From: Candidatus Latescibacterota bacterium
Lineage (GTDB): Bacteria; Latescibacterota; UBA2968; GCA-2709665
Direction: 5' to 3'
Assembly: GCA_965226795.1 (NCBI GenBank)
Contig: CBDDDZ010000005.1
Coordinates: 544,001 to 608,000 of the forward strand
Length of the DNA: 64,000 nt
The position numbers and the translations under genes were made by a program. This document shows positions 29,307 to 40,370 of the stretch, piece by piece (within the stretch, counting starts at the first letter, position 1; the number at the start of each line of letters is the position of its first letter). The notes beneath the pieces are model-generated. The model was given only the letters and a program-made list of their open reading frames with translations, was not told the origin of the DNA and did not search any database.

Positions 29307-30600
29307 ATGACCAATCAAGGCGACCAACAATTGGCGACGCTGGTGCGGGAGGGCAACGAGGCCGCATTTGTTACCCTTATCCGACGCTACGAGCGCGTCA
29401 TGGCGGGGCTGATCCGCTCCCGGATCGGTTCCGGCGAACAGGTGCAGGACGTATTGCAGGAAACCCTGGTCCACGCCTGGGGCGGTCTGCGCCGGGAACC
29501 CCCCGCGACGTGCGTCCGTGGTTGCTGCAGGTAGCCCGAAACCGATGTCGCGACTACTTCAGGTCGCCCCAACGCCGCGAATTGTACGTCCGGACCGAAG
29601 CCCTGGCGCGTCTGGTCAATCGTCTAGGTATCGCGCAATCACGGCAACACGAAGCCGCCGAGTCCATCGTGGAGGCCATGGACGAAGTACCCGATATAGA
29701 GCGGGCCGCCCTGCGGGCGTTTTATCTGGACGGTTTGAGCATTGCAGAAATCGCCGCCCGGCACCGATGTCCGGACGGCACGGTCAGGCGCCGGCTCTCG
29801 TACGGGCGCGACCGAATCCGAAAGACATTGGGTATCACCCCAAAGACGAGGAAGACCGACATGGAAGCAAGACATCAAGACTTTCCGCGATATCGCCCCG
29901 ACATTCGCATTCGTTCCCTCGTGGAGAAATCCTTCCGTATCGATTTCAAGGAAATGGTCTGGTGGTTCGTCCTGCCGGAAGCCGGCGACCGGGTCGGCTA
30001 TGGCTCGTACGACGGCGAAAAAGACGACAACGCGCCCTGGCGCCTGTTCAAAACGGTCTGGCTGACCGTCCGGCGGCCGGCGGTGATCCACGGACGACCC
30101 TGTGTGGAGGTCGAGGTGGAGGAAGAGGTGGAGGAAGAGCCTGCCGGAAAGACGTCCTCCGGAGAAAAGAGCCGCATCACGAAGGTTTGGGGGCGGCTGA
30201 CGGATGACGAGGTGGAGTGGATCGCCGTAGAATCGAAAAAGGCCGACGACGTGAGAGAACTGACGACGTTTCTGGATGAAGGATTCCACGACGACTGGTG
30301 GGGTTCACCGCGGGTGGTCGAGGACTGCGGATGCTTGTCCGAACGGGCTGATGGCACCTGGGTCTGACAGCCAAATGCCCCCGCCCTCACAGGCGCGGGC
30401 GTTTTCGACGTCCACGTCGGCGGTCGTCAGTTCACCTGTTTGCGCGTCTTTGAAGTCAAGAAAAACGCCACTGAGCGAGACGTTCTGATTGAGGCATATA
30501 TCACCCGCGCGGGACGTACGGTCCTGTTCCGGCGATATAGTGGAAGCCGCTGGAGCAAGCGCGACGCCCCGTCGCCCGCCATGAGATACAACACGGTTCG
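29307..30600 (+). pseudogene. ECF sigma-70 factor with long C-terminal extension; frameshift near 29500, in-frame TGA at 30365, truncated end
   Basis: AF..LIRRY, DVLQET...AW, PWLLQVARN.CRD, GLSIAEIA...GTVRRRL..GR; fragments 29307, 29510 and 30440 join. Confidence 0.8.
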
Positions 30601-30601
30601 T

Positions 30602-31178
30602 CTATTGCACGCGACGGTAGGTCATGGTGTGAGACATCGTCTTCTTGCCTTGATCGTACATCGACCAGGTCTGCGACATTTCCTCCGAACCGTCGAAGGC
30701 GATCGAGACGGCGTGCATGTGCGGCTCGTCGGGCGAATCGAGAGAGCCGTCAACCAGTTCCCAACGTGAGCACCCCGTCCGTGGAACCGGTCAGGCTCAT
30801 TTGCGGCTGATTGCCGAGCGCGCAATAGTGGGTCATCCACAACTTGCCGCCCCGGTCGTGGTACACGGAGATCATCTCTTTTGGGGTATCGGGGAAGTTG
30901 CGCTCTACGATCACGCTGCCGTTGGCGGCCACCCGGTACTCGGTTGCCACCTTGTTCATCGCGCTCTTCTTGCCTTCGGATCCCCCGCCCCCGGGCATCG
31001 GCATCTCCGACTCCCAGCGCCCTGCAAGCGATTTCAGGCGCTCGAAATCGGGCGATCCCATGTATGCCTGCGGATGCGTGCCGTCCTCTCCTTTGGGCGT
31101 CCCTCCGTCTTCACCGGCAAATACCGAAAAAGCGGCGGTTGCGAGCAGAACTGTCATAACGAGCGTAAGTCTCTTCAT
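30602..31178 (-). pseudogene. Secreted hypothetical protein, frameshifted near 30762
   Basis: Signal peptide; FERLKSLAGRW, M.SVYH, MTHYCA.GNQP; continues in another frame (...EPHMHAV...YRRVQ*). Confidence 0.75.
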
Positions 31179-31350
31179 TTTAATCACTCCTTAATAGTAG
31201 GGACGTCTTCGGTTAAAGCCGCCTCCCTGCATGGACACGGGATGGAGTACGGCAATTCGTTATAGGATTCACAGAAACCGATTCACATTGAAGCTTATTA
31301 TGTTTCGATGAATATCGGCATAATCCGGACTTCGAGGCTAGCGAGAAATT

Positions 31351-33018
31351 ATGGCTCCGTTATCGAATAGGATGAATTTTTCCATTTATACGATTTTGAT
31401 CATGCTCATCTGGTATTTGGTTGGTTATTGGGGCAATATACTTGCCTCTGATGAAGTGCATGGTGATCCACATCCGATTCTGAACGAGGGCTCATTATCA
31501 GACAGTCGACTTACCGAAGGATTCAAAGAACTTATTTACTTGGAGGCTTATCCCCACCATTCCTTTGATACTGATTCGATGGACGTTCGTGTAGGTTTTT
31601 GGCGACTATCCGAGACCGATTCAGCTCTAGCGGTACACGTCGACTCGATATTGGTGGAACAGGAAAAGATAGGCGACATCGAGCAGCAGATTTATTCTCT
31701 ACGTCTCGACGTCTATCGTCCGCCACCATCGGAACGCTTGATTTTCTCAAGCCAAATACCTTTTCACGTTTCGCCGATGAGGTTTTCCATTCCAACCGCT
31801 GGACTTGAGGGTGTCTATCTTGCCAGGCCACGCGTTATTGACCCTTCTGGAAATACACACCAAATCTGGTACTCGCCAGAGGTTGAAGGCGAGAAACCGT
31901 ATTCTCCAACTATTTTCCTAGGAATTCATCGCGGCCGCGACTATGTGATGGAGTCTGTTACGGATTCGACCACACCAGAATTCACCAGGCTGAAAGTAGT
32001 GGGGAGCCCTGGAAGGAATCGCTACCCAAGGGATGATAAGCAACATAGCTATGCTCGTAGTGTTTGGGATCTACACTATTATGAGAATCGGATATACGTT
32101 GGTGGTGGCGATTGGGGCAACAATAAGGGGCCGGTTGACATCTGGTCATTTGTAGCGGAGAACAGTAAATCAAGATATCAATTCCAGAGGGAGATAACCG
32201 TTGATGAGGAGTCAGTAGATCGCTTCCGTACGTGCGCCGAACGGCTGGTGGTGCCGGGCATTGATGCCACTGAATCCTGGAAATATGGCAACATGTACAT
32301 AAAAGAGCGCGGGAAATGGTACAAGAGAAGGACTCTACCAGAATCACACCATGTTTTTGATGCAGCCTATTTCGCTCACAGGCTTTTCGCAACGACAGCC
32401 AGAAAATTAGGAGCCACATTGTACGAATCAAGTGATTGGGGAAAGACCTGGGTTCGCTATAGTCACGATAACGTCGACGAATTCAGCGATGGCGGCTACA
32501 TTGAAATGGGGGTTTTGGGGGAGGGGCTTATCGTGACCCCTGGCCAAGAATATCTCTACATCTTCAGTAACGGAAAACTTGAACGGTTGGTTATCCCACT
32601 ATTTCCCGGGTTGGAGAAGGATCATCGAAACCCCCATCGGCTGATTCCTTTTTTGGACGGCCTCCTCTATACAGACCTACGCTGGAAGGAAGAAGCCGCC
32701 CCCAAACCACTTTTCTTCCTCAACGATCTGCGGAAGGGAGCGGTAGTAATTCAACAATTTCAAGGAGATTGGGTACAGGACATTGTGGTGAGAGACGATG
32801 TCTGCTACGTCCTTGCGTGCCGCAGAGAAGAAGCCACTTACCATGGCTACGTGTACGAATCTCGGGATCTAAGAAAGTGGTCAATGTTGGCACAATTCGA
32901 TGTAGGAGCTCTTCCCTACTCGCTAGAAATCATGGACGAAGTGTTCTACGTCGGTCTGGCTTCACTTGCTGGTCAAGCCTACCAGCAGTCAGGAAATATC
33001 TGCCGCCTGGATCCATGA
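31351..33018 (+). CDS. Hypothetical secreted protein with C-terminal beta-propeller-like domain
   Basis: 555-aa ORF; N-terminal hydrophobic segment; Asp-box-like YESSDWGKTW; visibly lower GC. Confidence 0.75.
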   Translation: MAPLSNRMNFSIYTILIMLIWYLVGYWGNILASDEVHGDPHPILNEGSLSDSRLTEGFKELIYLEAYPHHSFDTDSMDVRVGFWRLSETDSALAVHVDSILVEQEKIGDIEQQIYSLRLDVYRPPPSERLIFSSQIPFHVSPMRFSIPTAGLEGVYLARPRVIDPSGNTHQIWYSPEVEGEKPYSPTIFLGIHRGRDYVMESVTDSTTPEFTRLKVVGSPGRNRYPRDDKQHSYARSVWDLHYYENRIYVGGGDWGNNKGPVDIWSFVAENSKSRYQFQREITVDEESVDRFRTCAERLVVPGIDATESWKYGNMYIKERGKWYKRRTLPESHHVFDAAYFAHRLFATTARKLGATLYESSDWGKTWVRYSHDNVDEFSDGGYIEMGVLGEGLIVTPGQEYLYIFSNGKLERLVIPLFPGLEKDHRNPHRLIPFLDGLLYTDLRWKEEAAPKPLFFLNDLRKGAVVIQQFQGDWVQDIVVRDDVCYVLACRREEATYHGYVYESRDLRKWSMLAQFDVGALPYSLEIMDEVFYVGLASLAGQAYQQSGNICRLDP

Positions 33019-33169
33019 ATTCTTCGCCGTCCTCGGTCGTCGACCAATTCTTCGTAGTTTGGTTCCTCCAACCGTGCGTCCGTGGTCGTTCCGTTTCTGA
33101 AGGAGGCCTTCAAGGCGTTGGGCTTCCCTGGCAAGCAGCGAAACATACCAGTGCGAGGTAATTGTCCCA

Positions 33170-34972
33170 CTAACGATACCATCGAGCCTGATTGCGGTAC
33201 AGTTCAGCGTACTGACCGTTCATGGCTACAAGCTCCCGATGACTCCCTTCCTCGACCAACCGACCATCTCACAACAACAGGATTCGATCGGCAAGCCTGC
33301 AGGAGCCGAGGCGATGGGAGATCAGGAGTACAGTACGCTCTTGTGCGATCCGGGCGAAGTGACTGTATACATCCGCTTCCGCCCTGGCATCGAGTGCGGA
33401 GGCTGGCTCGTCGAGAACCAGGATGTCCGCCGGGCGCATATATGCCCGGGCGATTGCGAGCTTCTGCCATTGGCCAACGGAAAGCTCCGTGCCTTGTCGA
33501 TATGTCTTGCCCAGCGGGGTTTCCAATCCGTGAGTCAGGGTTTCCGCCACCTGGTCGGCGCCACTCTTCGCGGCCGCCTCTTCAACCGCTGCTGATTCCC
33601 CTTCCATCCAGCCGCAGGCTATATTCTCCCTTACTGTGAGTTCATAGCGGTTGTAATCCTGAAACACCACACCCGTGCGCCGGAGCCATTCGTTTGGAGC
33701 GACTTCCCGGAGATCGATCCCATCTACCAGAATCCGCCCGTTTGTCGGATCAAAAAGACCCAGAATCAGCTTGACCAGGGTGCTCTTGCCGGCACCGTTC
33801 TCGCCCACGACGGCAATGCGTTCGCCCGGTCGAATGCTGAGATTGAGGTTGGAAAGCGCCGGAATATCGCTCCCAGGGTAAATGAACGAGACGTCCTGCA
33901 GGACGATCCCGGCCTGCAGCGTGCTTGGGATACGGCACCTTTTAGGCGATTCTTCCGTTGGACGATCGACAAACTCGAAATAGTCCTGTACATAGCGCAG
34001 GTCATCGTAGATGATAGATGCGCACCAGACGAGGCTCCGGTAGTGTGCCTGTAGCTGTTCGATAGCATAGAAAAAGGCGGCATAGGCCCCGATGGTGGCT
34101 CGACCTGCAAAGAGGAGTCCCAGGCTGAAGATCACCGCTGCAATATAGGTCACAGTGTTCAGACCATCCGATACGATTCCGAGCCCCGCCTCCTTCTTCG
34201 CAAGGCGCAGGCGCCTGCCGGAAAGCTTTCTCCACAATGCATCGGCACAATCGACGAGCCAGGCACCGAAGCCGAACATACGGATTTCGGCCGCTGCGTT
34301 GCGCCCCGACAATATTTCGTGGTAGACGTCAAACCGTCGCTCGTCGGGCGTTAGGTCTCGTACCATCAAATAGCGCGCTCTGTTGACGCGTTCGCGAAGG
34401 AAAACACCCGGACTCGTTCCAACGGCAAGGATCAGCGGTAACGCCCAGTGAAAACTCGCCAGGTAAAACAGGAGGGACGCAAGCGCTACGACGTCGCTAA
34501 CGCTTCGCCACATGGAAGACATTGTGCTGAATAGCCGCCGCTCAATGCCGCGCCGCGCGCGCTGCAACTGGTCGTGGAATGCCGCCGTTTCCAGTTGCGC
34601 CAGGGGAACCGTTTGAACTTTCCGATAGCATCGTTCCACAATATGGCCACGGAGACACTCCTGAAAGCGATCGGCTGTGGTATTGGAGATCAGATTAATG
34701 CCGTGTTGGAGCAGGTTCAGCCCGACAAGGGCTACGGCCCACAGGATGGCATTGGTAAATTGGATTTCGCCTCTTACAACTCCCGCCGCGGCCTCAATGA
34801 ACCGATATACAAGATATACGTGGGCAGTGACGAATAGTCCCTTTGAACCATTCAGTACCAAAAGGCTAATTGCGGCCTTGCTGTCGAATACGAAGAATGT
34901 CCAAATCAGCCGACGCAAGTAAAGTAGACGCTGTCGTTTCTGTCTTTCCGGTCCGATTGCACGCGCTTTCAT
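33170..34972 (-). pseudogene. ABC exporter (permease + ATPase) with in-frame TGA at 33269-33271
   Basis: GENGAGKST, LSVGQWQKLAIARA, LDEP, ISHRL; tail DGRLVEEGSH.EL...G.YAELY..Q follows the TGA in frame. Confidence 0.88.
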
Positions 34973-36831
34973 CCCACGTTCCCTCCGGTGTACCATTTCG
35001 CCTGAAGGTAGTACATCCGGGCGTATTCGCCGTCGGCCTTGAGCAATGCCTGGTGTGTTCCCTCCTCCACAAGGCGACCATCCTTCAGGACAAGGATTCG
35101 GTTGGCGAGGCGAGCCGATCCCAATCGATGCGAGATAAAGACGGTACATCGTCCTTCGACTGCAGATCCGAACTGCTGATATATTTGCACCTCGGTCTTG
35201 GGGTCCAATGCCGACGTCGGCTCGTCCAAGACGACGATTTCGCGGTTTTTTCGAACGTATGCTCAAGCCATCGCTAATCGTTGCCATTGGCCCGTTGATA
35301 GTTCGACTCCGTCGTCGAATTCTTTGCTCAATATGGTCCGGAACATTAAAGGCAGTTCTTTTACAAAGCTATGAGCGCCACTCCTCCGGGCTGCTTCTAC
35401 GATTTCGGAAGATACAGCGGCACCATGGTCTCCATCTTTAAGCAACGAAATTCACCCGATGCCGACGTTTTCATAAACCGTAAGTGGATAACACATGAAA
35501 TCTTGAAACACAGCCGTCGCCATCAGGCGCCAGGCCGCCAGGTCCATTTCCGCGAGATCGACTCCGTCAACGGTAATCCGGCCTTGTGTCGGCTGGTACA
35601 ATCCGAGCAGCAATCGCACAATCGTGCTCTTGCCCGCGCCATTCTCACGTACAAGGGCGATCCGGTCTCCTGGCGATAGTGTCATATTGAGATCGGTGAT
35701 GACAGGGCGGACCGAACCCGGATAGCGAAAACTCACACCGTGAAAACGGATTCCGTGATGCAAGGGGCGAGGTGGCCGCATTTTGTTAACGGGCTCCTCA
35801 CCTTCGTCGGCCAGTTCGAGAAACTCGCGCAGATGTCGCAGCTTTATCAGGTGTTGTACCAGTTGAGAAACGCTAAACGAAGCCGAACCCACCAATTCGC
35901 TGAAGCGGCCGCTGGCATAGAGTAAAGCCACCAACGTTCCTACACTTATGGTTCCCCTCGAAGCCACTACAACGAGCGCCAAACTGTTCGTCCATATAAT
36001 GAGGTCGTGTGCGCATGCACTCAACAATTGCACAACGGCCAGCCGAAAGCGGGCATTCCTGATATCAGCGACATAGCGGTTAAAGGCACGTCGCCAGAAC
36101 CCCAACAAATATTCTCACAACTGATACGCCCGAACTTCGGCAGCTGCGCGGCGGCTGGAAAGAAGCGCAGCCCAATAGTCGATTTCCTGGCGTTTCGGCG
36201 AACTCTTATAGTTGACTCTAACGAACTGGCCCACGTTCCTCGCGCCTACGATCGTATTGACGATCATCGTCACAAGAAGGACAACGGCCAGGGCCCAATG
36301 GGCGTGAACAAAAAGCACCAGCAAGCCTGCCACACTGACGGCAATCGATACCAGAGAACCGAACTCATTCAAGACGTCAACGAGATGTGGGCCAATCGCC
36401 CGCTTACCCGTTTCCAGCTTGTCATAGTACGCACGGCTTTCGAAGGAACTCAGCGGAACGCTGACCGACTTACTGGCTACGTCACGTTGGATTCTGCCAC
36501 CGACCCGTTGATATATTACCGAGGCGAGATACCTGGAGCTTTCCGTGTTGACGCTCCGTATAAGCAGAGCAGCCGAGAACGCTGCAAGCCACGGAAGGAC
36601 GCCGGGCCACCCGTCAGTCGGACTATCGCTCACGACATCGACAAGCCCCGTCATCCCCCACACGATGACTGGTGTGGCGAATCCAGACACAACGTTACTC
36701 AGAACGAGCAACGTGGATTCGAATGCCGCGTTCCGCCTGAGAATCCCAATCAGGTAGCCGAGGCCGTTGAACTTGGTCCGTAGCCGTGCCAGGCAAGTGG
36801 TTCTATGGCGATCACGGTTTGAATTGATCAT
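34969..36831 (-). pseudogene. ABC exporter (permease + ATPase) with three in-frame TGA codons (36115, 35452, 35263)
   Basis: Four ORF fragments share one frame and join into about 620 codons; ENGAGKST, LSTGQWQRLA, LDEPTSALD, ISHRL. Confidence 0.88.
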
Positions 36832-37332
36832 TACGAGTCTCGAGCAGTGACCGGGATCCAGCCGAGGTTTGGTTGATTCGTCAACAAAGATGTCGTCTTT
36901 GAAACATGCGCGGGACTGGTATTGGACAATCCAGGATGTGTGGAAGGGGCCTTCAAGGGGCTGCGGAGTATTGAGTTCACGTGAACTCAGAAGCCCAAAA
37001 TGGCGAGATCACCACAATTAAGGCGCAACGGTCGACGCCAATGATCGCCCCTATTGTTCTCAGGTGGCGAAAGATAGGCGTTCCTGAATGGGCGAGCCAG
37101 TTTATTGGTATTTGTCGAGCCGAATTCGGCTTATCACTTTGGTGCCCGACGTGAGTTAGGACGAAGTTGGGTATGGCCATCGGCAGCCGTATCGGAGCGG
37201 ATTCGCCATGACAACCCGGAAGCGCCTATAGACAGGTGTCGGTTGTTTCTGGAGAATAGAGGCGGGATGAAGGGAAGGGCGGGCTAATTCGGAATGCAAC
37301 ATGTTATTTTTAATTGGAATATCCGATAAAAC

Positions 37333-37407
37333 TGGTGACCCCGAGGGGAATCGAACCCCCGTTGCCGGGATGAAAACCCGGTGTCCTAACCTCTGAACGA
37401 CGGGGTC
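37333..37407 (-). tRNA. tRNA-Glu (UUC)
   Basis: GACCCCG acceptor stem, anticodon arm CCGGG-TTTTCAT-CCCGG, GGTTCGATTCC, encoded CCA. Confidence 0.96.
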
Positions 37408-37425
37408 ACCCGAATCAAGGTCCGA

Positions 37426-37454
37426 AATTTATAAAAATCCCATTTCGCTGTCAA
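37426..37454 (-). promoter_or_regulatory. Sigma70-type promoter for tRNA-Glu
   Basis: TTGACA-17 nt-TAAATT on the minus strand. Confidence 0.65.
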
Positions 37455-37641
37455 GTTAATCATTGCCAAAGCGGTGGACCGGGACGTGGTGTTCCGAACT
37501 GGAATACGCTTGACATTTCCAGTTGAATTTTGTTTATTCAGAAGGTTTAAATTCACTTTTGTCCCGTTGTTGAAACAACGATTTCGCCTGGCTTATAAAT
37601 TAAGGAACGCACGTTAAGTGATCCGTCTGAACTATTCAGGT

Positions 37642-37718
37642 GGGCGATTAGCTCAGCTGGTTAGAGCGCTGGTTTCACATACCAGAGGTCACTGGTTCGA
37701 GTCCAGTATCGCCCACCA
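37642..37718 (+). tRNA. tRNA-Val (CAC)
   Basis: GGGCGAT acceptor stem, anticodon arm CTGGT-TTCACAT-ACCAG, GGTTCGAGTCC, CCA. Confidence 0.96.
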
Positions 37719-37781
37719 TGATCCGATAGGCAAGGTGGCCTGGACCTGTCCGCGAGTGGAGCGGGACGGCCGGCAATCGTC

Positions 37782-37818
37782 AGGGTGCATTCGTCAAACG
37801 GATGCGCCTTTCTTTTTT
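37782..37818 (+). terminator. Intrinsic terminator after tRNA-Val
   Basis: AGGGTGCATTCGT-CAA-ACGGATGCGCCTT followed by a T-rich tract. Confidence 0.65.
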
Positions 37819-37832
37819 ATTGGAGTTCACGC

Positions 37833-38546
37833 ATGAAAGAAAGCCTGCATAGTCTCTTGAACCTGCAACGCGTCGATACGGAATTGGATAAACTCAGAAA
37901 GGTACAGACGGATTACCCTGAAGCAATTGCGGAAATTCGCAAGAAGGTGGTAGCCGCAAAACAGGCGGTGGACGTCAAGAAACAGCAGGCTGCGGACCTC
38001 GAAAAGAACCGGCGTCACCTGGAGGGTGAACTGGAGACCATACAGGCCGATTTGAAAAAACACCAGGACCGTTTCTCTGAAGTCAAGACGAACCGGGAAT
38101 ATGATGCGCTCCAGATTGAAATCGACATCCTGAAAAACCGGGCCGACGAAAACGAGACCATTATTCTCGAGAGTATCGAGCAACACGATGACCTGAAAGA
38201 AAAGTTGAAGGAGGAAGAAAGCGCATACAAGGCGCTTAAAGCCGAATATCTGGCGGAGATTCGGAACCTGCAAAGCCGCCTGGATCGCGTCGACGAAGAC
38301 GCCCGAGGCTGGCACGAAGAGCGGGCGGCTGCGGAAACCCATGTCGAAGTCCGGGTCCTGTCCACGTACAGCCGGATCCGGGCCGTCGTCAAAGACGGGG
38401 TCGCCGTGGTACCAATTGGCAAGGGTTCCTGCGGAGGGTGTTTCAGGCAGTTGCCGCCGCAGCGGCGCATGGAGGTCCGGCGCCAGGACCGGATCCTTCG
38501 CTGCGAGAACTGCGGCCGGATCCTGGTGTGGCGGGAAGAAGCCTGA
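37833..38546 (+). CDS. Coiled-coil protein with C4 zinc ribbon (DUF164/CT398-like)
   Basis: Long coiled coil; KTNREYDALQ.EI; CGGC...CENCGRIL. Confidence 0.92.
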   Translation: MKESLHSLLNLQRVDTELDKLRKVQTDYPEAIAEIRKKVVAAKQAVDVKKQQAADLEKNRRHLEGELETIQADLKKHQDRFSEVKTNREYDALQIEIDILKNRADENETIILESIEQHDDLKEKLKEEESAYKALKAEYLAEIRNLQSRLDRVDEDARGWHEERAAAETHVEVRVLSTYSRIRAVVKDGVAVVPIGKGSCGGCFRQLPPQRRMEVRRQDRILRCENCGRILVWREEA

Positions 38547-38556
38547 CTTGGTCGGC

Positions 38557-38970
38557 ATGGGCGCATACAGCCTCTACGTCGACGGTGCGGCCAAGGGCAA
38601 CCCCGGACCTGCCGGCATCGGCGTCCGGGTTGAACTCGAAGGCGAGGTCCAGACGGAATATTGCGGTTTTATCGGCAATGCCACCAACAACGTCGCGGAA
38701 TACAAGGCCCTGATCAAGGGGTTGGAGATCGTCCGGAAGCTTGGCGCGACGCGTGTCGACGCCATTTCAGACAGCGAATTGATCGTCCGGCAGTTGATCG
38801 GCAGCTACCGGGTCAAGAGCGCTGCTCTGGCGCCGCTGAATCAGAGAGCTCGTGAACTTTCAGGGTCGTTTGACGTGTTCCGGATCCGCCACGTCCCGCG
38901 TTCGGAGAATCAACACGCCGACCGCCTGGCCAATCTGGGAATATCGAACGCCTTGAAACGAAGACCGTGA
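38557..38970 (+). CDS. rnhA: Ribonuclease HI family protein
   Basis: YVDGAAKGNPGPAG, TNNVAEY.AL, DSELIVRQ, HVPRSEN.HAD.LAN. Confidence 0.92.
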   Translation: MGAYSLYVDGAAKGNPGPAGIGVRVELEGEVQTEYCGFIGNATNNVAEYKALIKGLEIVRKLGATRVDAISDSELIVRQLIGSYRVKSAALAPLNQRARELSGSFDVFRIRHVPRSENQHADRLANLGISNALKRRP

Positions 38971-39001
38971 GCCGCGGGGCGGTTCACGAATCCACAACAT
39001 T

Positions 39002-39379
39002 GGCAAGCGGGCCGGATGGCCGCGCCCTTTTCGGGTGAGGAAAGTCCGAGCTCCACAGGGCAGGATGCTGGGTAACTCCCAGGCGGGGCGACCCGACGGA
39101 AAGTGCCACAGAGAACAGACCGCCAGCGGGCGAAACCACGGTTTCGTTGCGGGCAAGGGTGAAACGGCGGGGTAAGAGCCCACCGCGCTCCCGGAGACGG
39201 GAGCGGCACGGTAAACCCCATCCGGAGCAAGGCCAAATAGGAGCGGAGAGGCGGCCCGTCTCTATATAACGCTCGGGTAGGCCGCGTAGAGGTGCCGGGC
39301 AACCGGCGTCCCAGATAAATGGCCATCCGTCAGGCGTACTGCGCCGGACGACAGAACTCGGCTTACAGGCCCGCTTGCC
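39002..39379 (+). ncRNA. rnpB: RNase P RNA (class A)
   Basis: GAGGAAAGTCC, GAAAGTGCCACAGA, GGTAAACCCC, GAGCAAGGCC, ACAGAACTCGGCTTA; P1 GGCAAGCGGGCC / GGCCCGCTTGCC. Confidence 0.97.
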
Positions 39380-39409
39380 TGATTTCCAGTCCCTTCTCAG
39401 GAGCGAGGG

Positions 39410-40282
39410 GTGAGCTTTCTCGAGAAATTCCGCCACGCCGTCGACAACCGGAACAGCCGGGTCTGCGTGGGCCTGGATCCCGATCCGCTACGCCTGCCCG
39501 CCCACCTCGCGGGAACCGCGAACCCGGTCTCGGCGTTTCTCAAGGAAATCGTCTCCGCCACGCAGGACCTTGTCTGCGCCTACAAACCCAACTTCGCCTT
39601 CTTCGGCGCGATGGGACCGGCCGGCTGGCAGAGCCTCACGGAAGTCATCCATGCCATCCCCGCCACGACGCCCGTTGTGCTCGACTTCAAGGCGGGGGAC
39701 ATCGGAAACTCCGCTGCCCGTTACGCGCAGATGGCTTACGATGTGCTCGGCGTCGACGCGGTCACCGTGAACCCCCTCATGGGCTTCGACGCCGTGGCGC
39801 CTTTCCTCGACTACCCCGACCGCTGCGCCTTTCTGCTCTGCCTGACGTCCAACCCCGGCTCGGCAGACTTCCAGCGGCTTTCTACCCGGGACGGACCGTT
39901 CTATCAACACGTTGCGAGAAAAGCGGTTGGATGGTCCGAAACGGGACCCTGCGGCCTCGTGGTCGGCGCCACCCACGTTCGCGAACTCGCCACGGTCAGG
40001 AGCATCGCGCCAGGACTTCCCATCCTGGTCCCGGGCGTCGGAGCCCAGATGGGGGATCCCGCCGCCGTGATCCGGTACGGTGTTGACAGGAATGGCGGAG
40101 GGATCCTTGTCAACGCATCCAGGAGTGTGCTCTACGCGTCCTCCGGCCGGGACTTTGCGAGCGCTGCACGGGGGGCCGCCGAAGGGCTTCGCGTCGGCCT
40201 GGAACGGGAGCGGACAGCGTCGTTGAGCGCATATCCCAAAAACGTGAGCCGCCGCCAGGAACGGCCGCGCGACGAAATCTAG
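39410..40282 (+). CDS. pyrF: Orotidine-5'-phosphate decarboxylase
   Basis: VCVGLDP, YKPNFAFF, LD.K.GDIGNS, TSNPGS, LVVGAT, LVPGVGAQ. Confidence 0.95.
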   Translation: MSFLEKFRHAVDNRNSRVCVGLDPDPLRLPAHLAGTANPVSAFLKEIVSATQDLVCAYKPNFAFFGAMGPAGWQSLTEVIHAIPATTPVVLDFKAGDIGNSAARYAQMAYDVLGVDAVTVNPLMGFDAVAPFLDYPDRCAFLLCLTSNPGSADFQRLSTRDGPFYQHVARKAVGWSETGPCGLVVGATHVRELATVRSIAPGLPILVPGVGAQMGDPAAVIRYGVDRNGGGILVNASRSVLYASSGRDFASAARGAAEGLRVGLERERTASLSAYPKNVSRRQERPRDEI

Positions 40283-40370
40283 CCGTACCGTTTGAAGGAA
40301 GGTGACCGGCCGTACCGGAAGCCGGGATGAAGTCGGTCCGTAACGGAGGTCTCACCGATCTCAGGAGACT

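Noticed and set aside
22351..36831. Genome-wide TGA reassignment (genetic code 4 or 25)
   Set aside because: TGA ends many intact genes at the expected position, TGG is used for Trp, and the region also has frameshifts and a TAG
37618..39436. ORFs overlapping tRNA-Val and RNase P RNA
   Set aside because: Explained by the RNA genes
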